Source: Bryobacterales bacterium
GTDB lineage: Bacteria; Acidobacteriota; Terriglobia; Bryobacterales; UBA6623
Length of the DNA stretch: 64,000 nucleotides
Assembly (NCBI GenBank): GCA_963422375.2
Contig: CAXXKD010000001.1
Span: 160,001 to 224,000, forward strand
Direction: 5' to 3'
In this document: in pieces, positions 40,011 to 49,793 of the stretch
How the letters are laid out: each line of letters opens with the position of its first letter
How positions within the stretch are numbered: the first letter of the stretch is position 1
Translations under genes and position numbers: made by a program
The notes under the pieces: generated by a model
The model's database searches: none
Told to the model about the DNA's origin: nothing
The model's input: only the letters and a program-made list of their open reading frames with translations

Positions 40011-40628
40011 CTAGCCTCCCTCGCCTCCGGCGCGCAGGTGGCGGTCGATCTCGCCGACCAGCTGGTTGACGCTGCGCTCGGCGGCCTTTCCCAGGCACGA
40101 GACCACGGAGCGCACCTCGCTGGCCGGGACCGGCTCGGCCGCCGCCGCGCTGCCCGACCAGACGACCCTCCCGGTCGCGGCGTCTACCAGCTCGAGGGCC
40201 AGCCCGGCGGCAGCCTGCACCCGCCCCTCGTAGTCGATCTCCTCGAGCTGCAGCAGCTCTCCGCGCAGAATGAAGTCAGCCTCGGTCCTGCCGTCGAAAG
40301 GAACCACGGAGGCGAATGTGCCGCGCGCCGCGAGTTCGAGGGCCAGGAGGCGGCCGATGCTGTCCTCGGGATCCTCGGCCCAGCGGTGGTACTCGTAGAA
40401 GCCGACCTGCTCCCGGGACTCGCGGTAGACGATGCGGCCTTGGCCGACCAGCTTGCCGGCGCGCAGCGGCATGAGGACGGCCGTCCCGTCGAGCCGCTCC
40501 GCGGCAGGCGCCGGGGCGGGGAGGTCCAAGGCGTAGTAGAGCGTGGGAGGCGCCTTGCCCCCGCATGCAGTCCACGCGACGATCGCGGCTAGGACCGCGA
40601 CAGACCGCGTGTGCGAGAGCGGTTGCAT
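40011..40628 (-). CDS. PqiC/ABC-transport auxiliary lipoprotein
   Basis: Lipobox WTAC. YYALD, IVYR, YEYHRWAE. Confidence 0.8.
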   Translation of the reverse strand: MQPLSHTRSVAVLAAIVAWTACGGKAPPTLYYALDLPAPAPAAERLDGTAVLMPLRAGKLVGQGRIVYRESREQVGFYEYHRWAEDPEDSIGRLLALELAARGTFASVVPFDGRTEADFILRGELLQLEEIDYEGRVQAAAGLALELVDAATGRVVWSGSAAAAEPVPASEVRSVVSCLGKAAERSVNQLVGEIDRHLRAGGEGG

Positions 40629-40653
40629 GCTAATCTTGGGCCAGCAAGTCATT

Positions 40654-40965
40654 ATGGTCGCTCCTGCGCTTTCCTGCTATCGCTGCGGCCATCCGCAGCG
40701 CCTCGTGCCGCGCGAGAAGATCGGGCGGCGCGACGCGTGCGTCGGCTGCGGAGCCGACCTGCACTCCTGCGTCCATTGTCGCTTCTACGATCCCAGCCGC
40801 GACAACCAGTGCGCGGAACCCCAAGCGGAATGGGTGCGGGACAAGGAGAGCGCGAACTTCTGCGGCTACTACGAGGTTCGCACGTCCGTCAACCTGACGG
40901 CGCGAGGCGGCACCAACAAGGCGGCCGACGCCCGCGCCGCCTTCAATAGCCTCTTCCGGAAGTAA
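40654..40965 (+). CDS. Small Cys-rich (probable Zn-binding) protein
   Basis: CYRC, CVGC, HSCVHC, C..NFC. Confidence 0.75.
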   Translation: MVAPALSCYRCGHPQRLVPREKIGRRDACVGCGADLHSCVHCRFYDPSRDNQCAEPQAEWVRDKESANFCGYYEVRTSVNLTARGGTNKAADARAAFNSLFRK

Positions 40966-40995
40966 GGGCCCGCTGCGGGCCGGAGCGCCGCGACC

Positions 40996-42948
40996 GTGCA
41001 AGTGCAGGACGTTGTCACGCCGGGAACGGCTCGCGGCGGGCGCGACCCCGCCACCGGCCTGTCGCAGGTAGAGCGGGTTTGCGGCATCTACGGCGTGGAC
41101 GGCTGGGGCTTCGGCTACTTCGGGGCGAACGAAGCCGGTCACCTGACCGTCGCTCCGCTCAAGATCCCGCGGCTGAGCGTCGACGTGTACGAGGTGGTCC
41201 GCCGGCAGGTGCGCGGGCAGCAGGCCCCGCCCTTCCTGCTGCGCTTCCCGCAGGTGCTGGACGAGCGACTGGCCGCCCTGCACGAGGCCTTCAGCGCCGC
41301 GATCGAGGAGTTCGAATACGCTGGCCGGCACATCGCGGCCTACCCGGTCAAGGTCAACCAGAAGGCCGCGGTGCTGCGGCGTCTCGTCGAATCCGGGCGG
41401 CGGTACGACTACGGCCTGGAGGTCGGGAGCAAGGCCGAGCTCGTCGCCGCGCTCGCGATGCCGCTGTCGGAGAGCGCCCTGATCGTCTGCAACGGGCTGA
41501 AGGACGAGCTCTACCTGCGCCTCGCCATGCAGGCGGGCCGGCTCGGGCGGCAGGCGGTGATCGTCGTCGAGGATCTCGAGGATCTGCGCATGACGCTGCG
41601 CCTCGCGCGGACTCTCGGCCTGGCGCCTCCGATCGGACTGCGGGTGAAGCTGAGCGCGCGCGGCAGCGGCAAATGGGAGGATTCCGGCGGCGAGTTCGCG
41701 AAGTTCGGCATGAGCACCCTGGCCCTGGTGCGGGCCCTCGCCCTGGTCGAGGAGGCCGGCGCGCGCGACCGGCTGCGGATGCTGCACTTCCATATCGGGT
41801 CGCAGGTCAACGACATCCGGCGCGCCAAGTACGCCTTCAAAGAGGCGGCCCGCGTCTACGCGAAGACGCGCCAGACAGGCTTCGCGATCAAGTACCTGAA
41901 CGTCGGGGGCGGGCTGGGCGTGGACTACGACGGGTCCCGCACGGCAAGCCAGTTCTCCATGAACTACACCGTGCAGGAGTTCGCCAACGACATTGTCTAC
42001 GCTATCGGCGAGGTCTGCGACGCCGAGGACGTCCCGGCCCCGACGATCGTCACCGAGCACGGGCGGGCCATGGTGGCCTACCACGCGATGCTGGTCGTGG
42101 ACGTGCGCAAGGTCGTCACCCCGGGCGTGGCCGACGGGGACTTCGAGGGAATCGAGTCCGAATCCGAGCCGGTGCTGGAGCTGGTCGACCTGTCCCAGGG
42201 GATCAACGCGAAGAACTTCTGGGAGCGCTACCACGACGCCGTGCAGCAGCGCGGCGACGTGAATTCGCTGTTCGAGCTCGGCTACCTCGGGCTGCAGGAC
42301 AAGGCCAAGGGCGAATGGCTGTTCTGGAGGATCTGCCGCGAGGTCGCGAGGCTGTCGCGGACGATGAAGGACCGTCCCGAGGAATTCGAGGACTTGGAGC
42401 GGATGCTGGCCTCGAAGTACGTCTGCAACTTCTCGATGTTCCAGTCGCTCCCCGATTTCTGGGCCTTCGACCAGCTCTTCCCGATCGTGCCGCTGCACCG
42501 GCTCGACGAGCTGCCGACGGAACGGGGCGTGCTGTGCGACATCACCTGCGACTCCGACGGCACGCTCGACCGCTTCGTCGACACGAAGCACTTCAAGGAG
42601 TCGCTGGAGCTGCACACCCTGCGCCCGGGCGAGCCGTACTATCTCGGGGTCATGCTCCTCGGGGCGTATCAGGAGACCCTCGGCGACGTGCATAACCTGT
42701 TCGGGGTGGTGACGGAACTCAACGTGAGCGTCGAGCCCGACGGCAGGTGCGTAGTCGACCAGCCGGTCCGCGGCGACCGCGTGCGGGACGTTCTCGGCGA
42801 TATCGATCTCCAGCCCGAGGCCCTGCGCGAGGCGCTCGCCCGGCGCCTCGCCGAGCGCAAGGCGTCCGGCTTGATCGGCGACGAGGACGAGCACGAGGTG
42901 CTGGCCACGTCCTCCCGCGTGCTCGACGACTATACTTACTTGGTTTGA
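40996..42948 (+). CDS. speA: Biosynthetic arginine decarboxylase
   Basis: YPVKVNQ (PLP Lys), GLEVGSKAEL, HFHIGSQ, GGGLGVDYDG, DITCDSDG, GAYQE.LGD.HNLFG. Confidence 0.95.
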   Translation: MQVQDVVTPGTARGGRDPATGLSQVERVCGIYGVDGWGFGYFGANEAGHLTVAPLKIPRLSVDVYEVVRRQVRGQQAPPFLLRFPQVLDERLAALHEAFSAAIEEFEYAGRHIAAYPVKVNQKAAVLRRLVESGRRYDYGLEVGSKAELVAALAMPLSESALIVCNGLKDELYLRLAMQAGRLGRQAVIVVEDLEDLRMTLRLARTLGLAPPIGLRVKLSARGSGKWEDSGGEFAKFGMSTLALVRALALVEEAGARDRLRMLHFHIGSQVNDIRRAKYAFKEAARVYAKTRQTGFAIKYLNVGGGLGVDYDGSRTASQFSMNYTVQEFANDIVYAIGEVCDAEDVPAPTIVTEHGRAMVAYHAMLVVDVRKVVTPGVADGDFEGIESESEPVLELVDLSQGINAKNFWERYHDAVQQRGDVNSLFELGYLGLQDKAKGEWLFWRICREVARLSRTMKDRPEEFEDLERMLASKYVCNFSMFQSLPDFWAFDQLFPIVPLHRLDELPTERGVLCDITCDSDGTLDRFVDTKHFKESLELHTLRPGEPYYLGVMLLGAYQETLGDVHNLFGVVTELNVSVEPDGRCVVDQPVRGDRVRDVLGDIDLQPEALREALARRLAERKASGLIGDEDEHEVLATSSRVLDDYTYLV

Positions 42949-42976
42949 GGCCCGCGGTCCGCGGGCGGCGCGCCGA

Positions 42977-44506
42977 ATGCCCTCTGCGACCCCTGCGGCC
43001 GGCGCGACGGTCGCGGCGCTGCTGGCCCCGCACGACGCCGGATCGCCCGCGCTGCTGGACGAGAGCGGGGCGGCGACCACCTACGGGCAGCTGCGCGCGC
43101 AGGTCGAGGCGACCGGCGAGACGCTGCGCCGCCGCGGCGTCCGACCGGGCGAGGCAGTCGCCCTGGCCTTGGGGAACGGCCCCCGCATGGCCGCGGCCTT
43201 CGTCTCCGTGTCCGCCTGCGCGGCGGCGGCCCCGCTCCATCCGGGACTGGGCGAGCGCGAGTTCCGCGAGAGCTTGGAGAGCCTGCGGGCGAAGGCCCTG
43301 ATCGTCGAGGCCGGCACGGGCCGGGCCGCGGCGCGCGCCGCAGCTGATCTGCGGATCCCCGTACTGGAGATGGAGGGGACGGGCCGGGGTGCCCTCTTCC
43401 GGCTGGACTCCGGCCCGGCCGCGCGCCCGGGCGGCGCCCGGGCGGCGGGCAGAGAGGATCCGGCGCTGCTGCTGCACACGTCGGGGACGACGGCCCGCCC
43501 CAAGCTGGTGCCGCTCGCGCACGCCAACCTGGCCGCGTCGGCTCGCAACATCGCCGCGACCCTGCGCCTGGGGCCCGGCGACACCTGCCTTAACGTCATG
43601 CCGCTGTTTCATATCCACGGCCTGATGGGCGCCCTGCTGGCCTCGCTGAGCGCCGGCGCGGCGGTGGCCGCGATGCCCGGATTCCGGGCCCTGCGCTTCT
43701 TCAGGTGGCTCGAGAATCTCCGCCCGACTTGGTACACAGCCGTGCCGACGGTCCACCAGGCGGTTCTGCAACGGGCGGCCCGGAACCCGGGCGCCCGCCC
43801 GCCCGCCCGGCTGCGGCTGATCCGGTCGTCCTCGGCGGCCCTGCCGCCGGCTGTCCTGGGCGCGCTGGAGCAGCGGTTCGGCTGCCCGGTCATCGAGTCC
43901 TACGGCATGACCGAGGCCGCGCACCAGATGGCGAGCAACCCGCTGCCCCCGCGGATGCGCAAGGCCGGGAGCGTGGGGCCGGCCGCCGGGCCGGAGATGG
44001 CCGTCCTAGGCGCCTCCGGCGAGCCGCTGCCGGCGGGCGGGACGGGCGAACTGGCGATTCGCGGCCCGAACGTCATGACGGGCTACGCCGACAACCCCGA
44101 GGCCAACGCGCGGGCCTTCTGCAACGGCTGGTTCCGTACCGGGGACCAAGGGTTCCGCGACGCGGACGGCTACTACACAATTACCGGGCGGCTCAAGGAG
44201 CTCATCAATCGGGGCGGGGAGAAGATCTCTCCCCGCGAGGTTGACGAAGCGCTGCTGGAGCATCCGGCGGTGTCTCAGGCCGTGGCCTTCGCCGTCCCGC
44301 ACGGCATGCTGGGCGAGGACGTGGCGGCCGCGGTCGTGCTGCAGGACGGAATGCGCCTGACGCAGCGCCAGTTGCGGGAGTTCGCTGCCGAGCGGCTGGC
44401 CGCATACAAGGTGCCGCGCACGGTCGTGTTCGTCGATGCGATCCCGAAGGGACCGAGCGGCAAGCTGAAGCGGGTCGGGCTCGCGAGAGACCTCGGCCTG
44501 GCGTGA
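42977..44506 (+). CDS. Acyl-CoA ligase, oxalate-CoA ligase-like
   Basis: HTSGTTARPK, PLFHIHG, PTWYTAVPT, YGMTEAAHQMASNPLPP, FRTGD, GK. Confidence 0.85.
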   Translation: MPSATPAAGATVAALLAPHDAGSPALLDESGAATTYGQLRAQVEATGETLRRRGVRPGEAVALALGNGPRMAAAFVSVSACAAAAPLHPGLGEREFRESLESLRAKALIVEAGTGRAAARAAADLRIPVLEMEGTGRGALFRLDSGPAARPGGARAAGREDPALLLHTSGTTARPKLVPLAHANLAASARNIAATLRLGPGDTCLNVMPLFHIHGLMGALLASLSAGAAVAAMPGFRALRFFRWLENLRPTWYTAVPTVHQAVLQRAARNPGARPPARLRLIRSSSAALPPAVLGALEQRFGCPVIESYGMTEAAHQMASNPLPPRMRKAGSVGPAAGPEMAVLGASGEPLPAGGTGELAIRGPNVMTGYADNPEANARAFCNGWFRTGDQGFRDADGYYTITGRLKELINRGGEKISPREVDEALLEHPAVSQAVAFAVPHGMLGEDVAAAVVLQDGMRLTQRQLREFAAERLAAYKVPRTVVFVDAIPKGPSGKLKRVGLARDLGLA

Positions 44507-44520
44507 CCGCGCCGCGCGGG

Positions 44521-45249
44521 TCAGGCCGCCGGTCTCTCGAATACGTCGGCGACCGTCCGCTGGATGGCCTCGGCGGCGGCCCGCGGGTCGCTCGCGTCGC
44601 GGATCGGGCGGCCGACGACGATGTGGTCCGCGCCGTTCAGGAACGCCTGCCGGACGTCGACCGTGCGCTTCTGGTCGTCGGCCCTCCGGTTCTCGACCGG
44701 CCGGATGCCTGGGCAGACCACCAGCAGGCCGCTGTCCACGCTCTGGCGCAGCCGGGCCGCCTCCAGGCCGGAGGAGATCACGCCGTCGCAGCCGATCTCG
44801 TACGCGCGCCGGGCGCGCGAAAGCACGAGTTCCTCCGGGTCGCAGCGGAAGCCGAGGTCCTCGAGATCGCCTCTGTCGAGGCTGGTCAGCGCGGTGACCG
44901 CGAGGATGCGCACGTCGCCCTTGCTCTCGCAGGCGGCCGCGAGCATGGCGTCGTTCCCGTGGACGGTGCAGCAGTCCACGCCGCGTCCCCAGAGCCGGCG
45001 CACGGCCCGCCCCACCGTGGCCGGCACGTCGAAGAACTTCAGATCGACGAACACGCGCTTGCCCGCGGAGGCGAGATGCCGGACGAGGGCGAAGTAGCGG
45101 CTGTCCATGGACAGCTCGAGGCCCAGCTTGTAGAACTCGACGCTCCCTCCCAGCGTGTCGGCCAGGTCGCGCGCCGCGGCGACGTCGGGCACGTCCAGGG
45201 CGAAGATCAGCCTCTCCCGCAGGGGCACCGGGTTGGTCGAGAGGGGCAT
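44521..45249 (-). CDS. pyrF: Orotidine 5'-phosphate decarboxylase
   Basis: LIFALD, KLGLEL, FVDLKFFDVPATV, PGIRP, DDQKR, VVGRPI. Confidence 0.97.
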   Translation of the reverse strand: MPLSTNPVPLRERLIFALDVPDVAAARDLADTLGGSVEFYKLGLELSMDSRYFALVRHLASAGKRVFVDLKFFDVPATVGRAVRRLWGRGVDCCTVHGNDAMLAAACESKGDVRILAVTALTSLDRGDLEDLGFRCDPEELVLSRARRAYEIGCDGVISSGLEAARLRQSVDSGLLVVCPGIRPVENRRADDQKRTVDVRQAFLNGADHIVVGRPIRDASDPRAAAEAIQRTVADVFERPAA

Positions 45250-45304
45250 CGGAGTCTAGGCTAGCGCGAGTCCCGCGAGCGGTGCCCCGCAGTACACTGG
45301 AGCG

Positions 45305-46108
45305 GTGAAGTCCGGGCCCGCCCTTCTCGCCGGCGCGTGGCTGGCGGTCGCGCTCGGCTGCGGAGCGCCGGTCCCCCGGGCGGGCGAGCCTCTCGCGGGC
45401 TACCGGATCGTGGATCTCACGCACCCGTTCGACGAGACGACCGTGTTCTGGCCGACCGGGCGGCCCTTCCGCCACGAGCGGACCGCATGGGGCCGCCAGC
45501 CCGACGGCTACTGGTACAGCGCCTACGACCTCGCCATGAGCGAGCATTGCGGCACCCATCTCGACGCGCCGATTCATTTCGCCGAGGGTCGGCCGGCGGT
45601 CGGCGACCTGTCGCTGGAAGACCTGTCCGGCCCGCTGGCCTTGGTTGACATCGAGCGGCAGTGCGACGCGAATCCCGACTACGCTGCCCGGGTCGCCGAC
45701 CTGGAGATCCACGAGGGAGAGCACGGCAGCGTGCAGCCGGGAACGGTGGTACTGTTCCGGACCGGATGGAGCCGCCGGTGGCCGAACACGCTGGAATACC
45801 TCGGGGACGACACGCCCGGGAAGGCCGACGGGCTGCACTTTCCGGGGATCTCGCGCGAGGCGGCGCAGTGGCTCGTCGAGCGCGGCGCGGCCGCTGTCGG
45901 AATCGACACGGCCAGCATCGACCCGGGCGAATCGACGGACTTCGTCGCGCACCAAGTGCTGGCCGAGGCGTCGATCCCGATCCTGGAGAACGTCGCCAGC
46001 CTCGCTGCAGTGCCTCGAACCGGCGCCTACCTGCTGGCGTTTCCGATGAAGATCGGGCACGGTTCCGGCGCTCCCTGCCGGATCGCGGCCCTCCTTCCGC
46101 CGGCGTAG
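45305..46108 (+). CDS. Cyclase family (kynurenine formamidase-like) lipoprotein
   Basis: Lipobox ALGC. HCGTHLDAPIHF, VGIDTASID, LENV. Confidence 0.9.
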   Translation: MKSGPALLAGAWLAVALGCGAPVPRAGEPLAGYRIVDLTHPFDETTVFWPTGRPFRHERTAWGRQPDGYWYSAYDLAMSEHCGTHLDAPIHFAEGRPAVGDLSLEDLSGPLALVDIERQCDANPDYAARVADLEIHEGEHGSVQPGTVVLFRTGWSRRWPNTLEYLGDDTPGKADGLHFPGISREAAQWLVERGAAAVGIDTASIDPGESTDFVAHQVLAEASIPILENVASLAAVPRTGAYLLAFPMKIGHGSGAPCRIAALLPPA

Positions 46109-46118
46109 CCTGGCGGCA

Positions 46119-47201
46119 TCAGGCCGCTCGGGAAACGAGATCCGAGACGGGTCGGATCAGCAGCCTGTTCGACGCGGTCGCCGGCAGGGTAGTGAGCAGC
46201 ACGAAGCGCGTGCCGCTACGCGGGTCGGCCCACGCCCGCGTGCCCGTGGCGCCGCTGTGCCAGAACGTCTTGTCGGAGCAGCCGGCTCCCGCGCCCTTGC
46301 CGAGGGCGAAGCCCAGGCCCCGAGCGGTTGCCAGCCGCGGCGTGTGGTTCCGCACCATCAGCCGCGCCGTGGCGGGCTTGAGGGCGACCGCTTCGTCCGG
46401 CGCGAGGAATTCGCGGAAGAACCTCGAGACGTCGGGCGCGCTCGCGTGCGCCCCTCCCCACGGGGAGGCGAGGTTGCGCCAGTAAGGGCTGTTCCAGTCC
46501 CAGCGCTCCGCCTCGGTCTTGCCCTGGCCGCCGTGCGGCGGCCCTTGCTCCACCTGGCTGCGCTGCGTGTCTGCCAGCGCGAACCGCCCGAGGCCCAGCG
46601 CCGTGCGACGCATCCCTAGCGGCACGAACAGCTCGCGCTCGAGGAATTCGGGGAAGGGCGCGCCCGTGACTCGCTGGCAGATCTCGGCCAGCAGCAGGAT
46701 GCCCATGCTCTGGTACGAGTACTTCGTGCCCGGCTCGAACAGCAGGTCAGCGCGGATCGCCCGCTCCACGAACTCGCTCAGCGGGGCGTTGCGCTTGCGG
46801 AGCGCGACGTTTTCGGGCAGCTGGTCGGGCAGCCCGGACGCGTGGGTCAGGAGGTGCTGCACGGTCACGCGCGCCCTAGCGCCCTCGCGGAACTCCGGGA
46901 TGTAGCGACGCACCGGATCCGCTGTCCGCAGCTCGCCCCGGTCGGCCAGCAGCATCGCCCCCGCGGCCGTCATGGGCTTGGTGATCGAGGCCAGCAGGAA
47001 GATCGACTCGGCCGACTTGGCTGTCCCGAAGGATTCGCTGAACACATGGCTGCCCATGCGAATGTCAAGCGATGCGCCCGCTACCGCGCCGCTGTCGACG
47101 GCCCGCCGGATCAGATCGGTGGCACCGTCGAGGGCGTTGCGGGCAAGGACCCTCGCGACAGGTGCCGCCAATGCGCTGCCAATGAATGCGCGTCGCTCCA
47201 C
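46119..47201 (-). CDS. Serine hydrolase (beta-lactamase-like), Tat signal
   Basis: ERRAFI, SITK (SxxK), LLTHASG, YQS, HSG. Confidence 0.9.
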   Translation of the reverse strand: MERRAFIGSALAAPVARVLARNALDGATDLIRRAVDSGAVAGASLDIRMGSHVFSESFGTAKSAESIFLLASITKPMTAAGAMLLADRGELRTADPVRRYIPEFREGARARVTVQHLLTHASGLPDQLPENVALRKRNAPLSEFVERAIRADLLFEPGTKYSYQSMGILLLAEICQRVTGAPFPEFLERELFVPLGMRRTALGLGRFALADTQRSQVEQGPPHGGQGKTEAERWDWNSPYWRNLASPWGGAHASAPDVSRFFREFLAPDEAVALKPATARLMVRNHTPRLATARGLGFALGKGAGAGCSDKTFWHSGATGTRAWADPRSGTRFVLLTTLPATASNRLLIRPVSDLVSRAA

Positions 47202-47385
47202 AACGGACGGATTCTAGCAGTCCGGGCGCCCCCGGCCTCGCACCGCATCTCCGAGCCAGCGAAACCGCGTTCTGCCCGGCCGAGTTCCGCGCGGCCGGCC
47301 TCCGCGGCCAAGAGCGGGCGGGCCGGTGCATTCCGGGCTCCGCCCCTGATGGGCGCGACCGCATTGCCCGCCGGGCCGCGTGCGC

Positions 47386-49227
47386 CTACTCGAGGTCGGA
47401 TCGGATCTTGCCGATCAGGTTCGGAAGGTAGGCCCGGAACCGCCGGTCGAGGCCTGCGGGCTGCGCGGGCAGAGCGAGGATCTGAGGGAGCGAGGGCGCG
47501 GCGCGCCCGTCCATGTAGTCGAGCGCGTTGAGCGCGGCCATCGCGACGTAGACGCCGTGCCGCTCCGCGTTGGCGAGATCCGCCAGCACCGGCCGCGCCC
47601 GTGCCGCGTCCGCGTCGCTCCCGTGTCGTCCGAGCGCCTCGCCGGCCGCGACACGCACCGCGGGGTCCTTGTCGGCCAGGGCGTCGCGCAGCGGCCCGGC
47701 CAGTTCCGCGACGGCCGCTTTCCCGCGGATCACGGCGCCCGTCGCGGCCCAGTACCGCACGGCGCCATCGCGGGCCTGCAGGCCCGCTCGCAGCTCGCCC
47801 TCGTCTCCGTCGCGAGCGCCTGTCGCCACTTCCGCCATGCGCATGATACGGTCCAGCGGGTAGCGCTCGGGGTTGGCCCCCATGACGTGCGGCGCGTCCT
47901 CGCCGGACCGGGCGTGAATCGCGCTCTCCGGCAGGAACCCGAGGTCGCGGATCGACAGCGACCACTCCCGCCGGGCCCGGCGCATGCGCTCGAGCACGCC
48001 CCGGTGCGCGGGGCTCCGCGCGATGTTGCGGGTCTCGTCCGGATCCTCGTCGAGGTCGTAGAGCTCCTCGGCCGGCTTGGTCTCCCAGAAGTGCGTCCGC
48101 GGTGCGCTCAGCTTGCCCTCCCGGTAGAGCCGGTGCCAGACGGCCGTGGTCGGGGTCTGGAACATGTACTGGATGTACTGCCCGTAGATGCGGTGCGGCA
48201 TGAAGTTGCGGATGTAGATGTAGCGCTTGTCGCGGACGCTGCGCACCATGTCGTAGCGCTCGTCCATGCGGCCGCGGAAGGCGTAGGAGTACTTTCGCGG
48301 CGGCGCCTCGAAGCGGCCCGCGAAGGCGTGCCCTTGGAAATGAAGCGGTGGCTCGATCCCGGCCAGGCTGAGCACGGTGGGTGCCAGGTCGACGAATCCC
48401 ACCAAGCGGTCGCTCTCGCCTCCCTCGGCGTACTCGGCCGGGCGCAGGTCGCGGAACTTCTCCGGCACGTGCAGGATCAGCGGGACGTGCAGGCCGGAAT
48501 TGTAGGTCCAGCGCTTGCCGCGCGGCATGCCCGGCCCGTGATCGGCCCAGTAGAAGACGATCGTGTTCTCCTCGAGGCCGTCCTCGCGCAGCTCCGCCAG
48601 CACCCTGCCGGCCATCGCGTCCATCTCGGAGATCTTGTCGTGGTACTGGGCCCAGTCCTGGCGGCTCTCCGGCGTGTCGGGATGGTACGCCGGGACGCGC
48701 ACGGTCGCGGGGTCGTGGACAGCGTCGTGGGGGCGCCTGCGGATCTGCGACTCGTGAGTCACCGTGAAGTTGAACACGGCGAAGAACGGCTGGCCGGACG
48801 CCCTGTTGCGCCAGTGGGCATCGCGGCTGGACTCGTCCCAGACCTGCCCGGGCTTCTCGAGGTTGTAGTCCTCCTTGGCGTTGTTCGAGACGTAGTAGCC
48901 CGTCTCTCGCAGGTACTGGGGAAACATGCGCATTCCTCGTGGAAGCCGCGTCAGCGAGCGCATGTGCTGCGAGCCGGTCGACGGCGGGTACATGCCGCTG
49001 ATGACGGTGGTCCGCGCCGGGGCGCACACCGGGGCCGTCGACCACGCGTTGCGGTAGATCATGCCGCGCTCGCCGAGGGCGTTGAGGTTCGGCGTGGTCG
49101 CGTAGCGGTCGCCGTAGACGCCTAGGTGGGGGCCGTTGTCTTCCGAGCTGATCCACAAGATGTTCGGTTGCTCTGCGCCCGCGGGTACAACCGAGGCGAT
49201 GGCTAGGAGGAGCGCGCGGACCTGCAC
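47386..49227 (-). CDS. Sulfatase with C-terminal HEAT repeats
   Basis: PNILWISSED, CAPAR (CxPxR), ADHG, VRYWAA and VRVAAGEAL HEAT-like motifs. Confidence 0.92.
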   Translation of the reverse strand: MQVRALLLAIASVVPAGAEQPNILWISSEDNGPHLGVYGDRYATTPNLNALGERGMIYRNAWSTAPVCAPARTTVISGMYPPSTGSQHMRSLTRLPRGMRMFPQYLRETGYYVSNNAKEDYNLEKPGQVWDESSRDAHWRNRASGQPFFAVFNFTVTHESQIRRRPHDAVHDPATVRVPAYHPDTPESRQDWAQYHDKISEMDAMAGRVLAELREDGLEENTIVFYWADHGPGMPRGKRWTYNSGLHVPLILHVPEKFRDLRPAEYAEGGESDRLVGFVDLAPTVLSLAGIEPPLHFQGHAFAGRFEAPPRKYSYAFRGRMDERYDMVRSVRDKRYIYIRNFMPHRIYGQYIQYMFQTPTTAVWHRLYREGKLSAPRTHFWETKPAEELYDLDEDPDETRNIARSPAHRGVLERMRRARREWSLSIRDLGFLPESAIHARSGEDAPHVMGANPERYPLDRIMRMAEVATGARDGDEGELRAGLQARDGAVRYWAATGAVIRGKAAVAELAGPLRDALADKDPAVRVAAGEALGRHGSDADAARARPVLADLANAERHGVYVAMAALNALDYMDGRAAPSLPQILALPAQPAGLDRRFRAYLPNLIGKIRSDLE

Positions 49228-49298
49228 GCACCGAGTATACCGCCGCGGTATGAGATAGAATCTTTACTCGGCCTCCGGACTAGCCCGCAGGTGCATCC

Positions 49299-49754
49299 AT
49301 GCGTTGTCCTTTCTGTTCCCTCCCGAAGGACAAGGTGATCGACTCGCGGGCGAGCAGGGAAGGCGACTCGATCCGCCGCCGCCGGCACTGCCTGGGCTGC
49401 GGCCGCCGCTTCACGACCTACGAGCGCATCGACGACATTCAGTACGTGGTTGTCAAGAAGGACCGGCGGCGGGAGCGCTTCGACCGCAAGAAGGTGCTCG
49501 AGGGACTTCTGCGCGCCTGCGAGAAGCGACCCGTCACCATGGTGCAGATGGAGGACATGGTCAGCGCCGCGGAGGAGCTGGCGATGCAGTCGCACGACCG
49601 GGAATGCACGACGAAGAGGATCGGGGAACTGCTCATGAGCCGGCTGCGGAGGATCGACAAGCTCGCCTACATCCGGTTCGCTTCCGTGTACCGCGACTTC
49701 CAGGACTTGGACGAGTTTCTCAGGGAAATCCGGGGCCTGCGGTCGGAGCGATAG
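49299..49754 (+). CDS. nrdR: Transcriptional repressor NrdR
   Basis: MRCPFC..VIDSR..IRRRRHC..C..RFTTYE, ATP-cone, AYIRFASVY. Confidence 0.98.
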   Translation: MRCPFCSLPKDKVIDSRASREGDSIRRRRHCLGCGRRFTTYERIDDIQYVVVKKDRRRERFDRKKVLEGLLRACEKRPVTMVQMEDMVSAAEELAMQSHDRECTTKRIGELLMSRLRRIDKLAYIRFASVYRDFQDLDEFLREIRGLRSER

Positions 49755-49793
49755 AGCCGCCGGCCGGCGCGGCTACGCCGGGCCGCCCGACGT

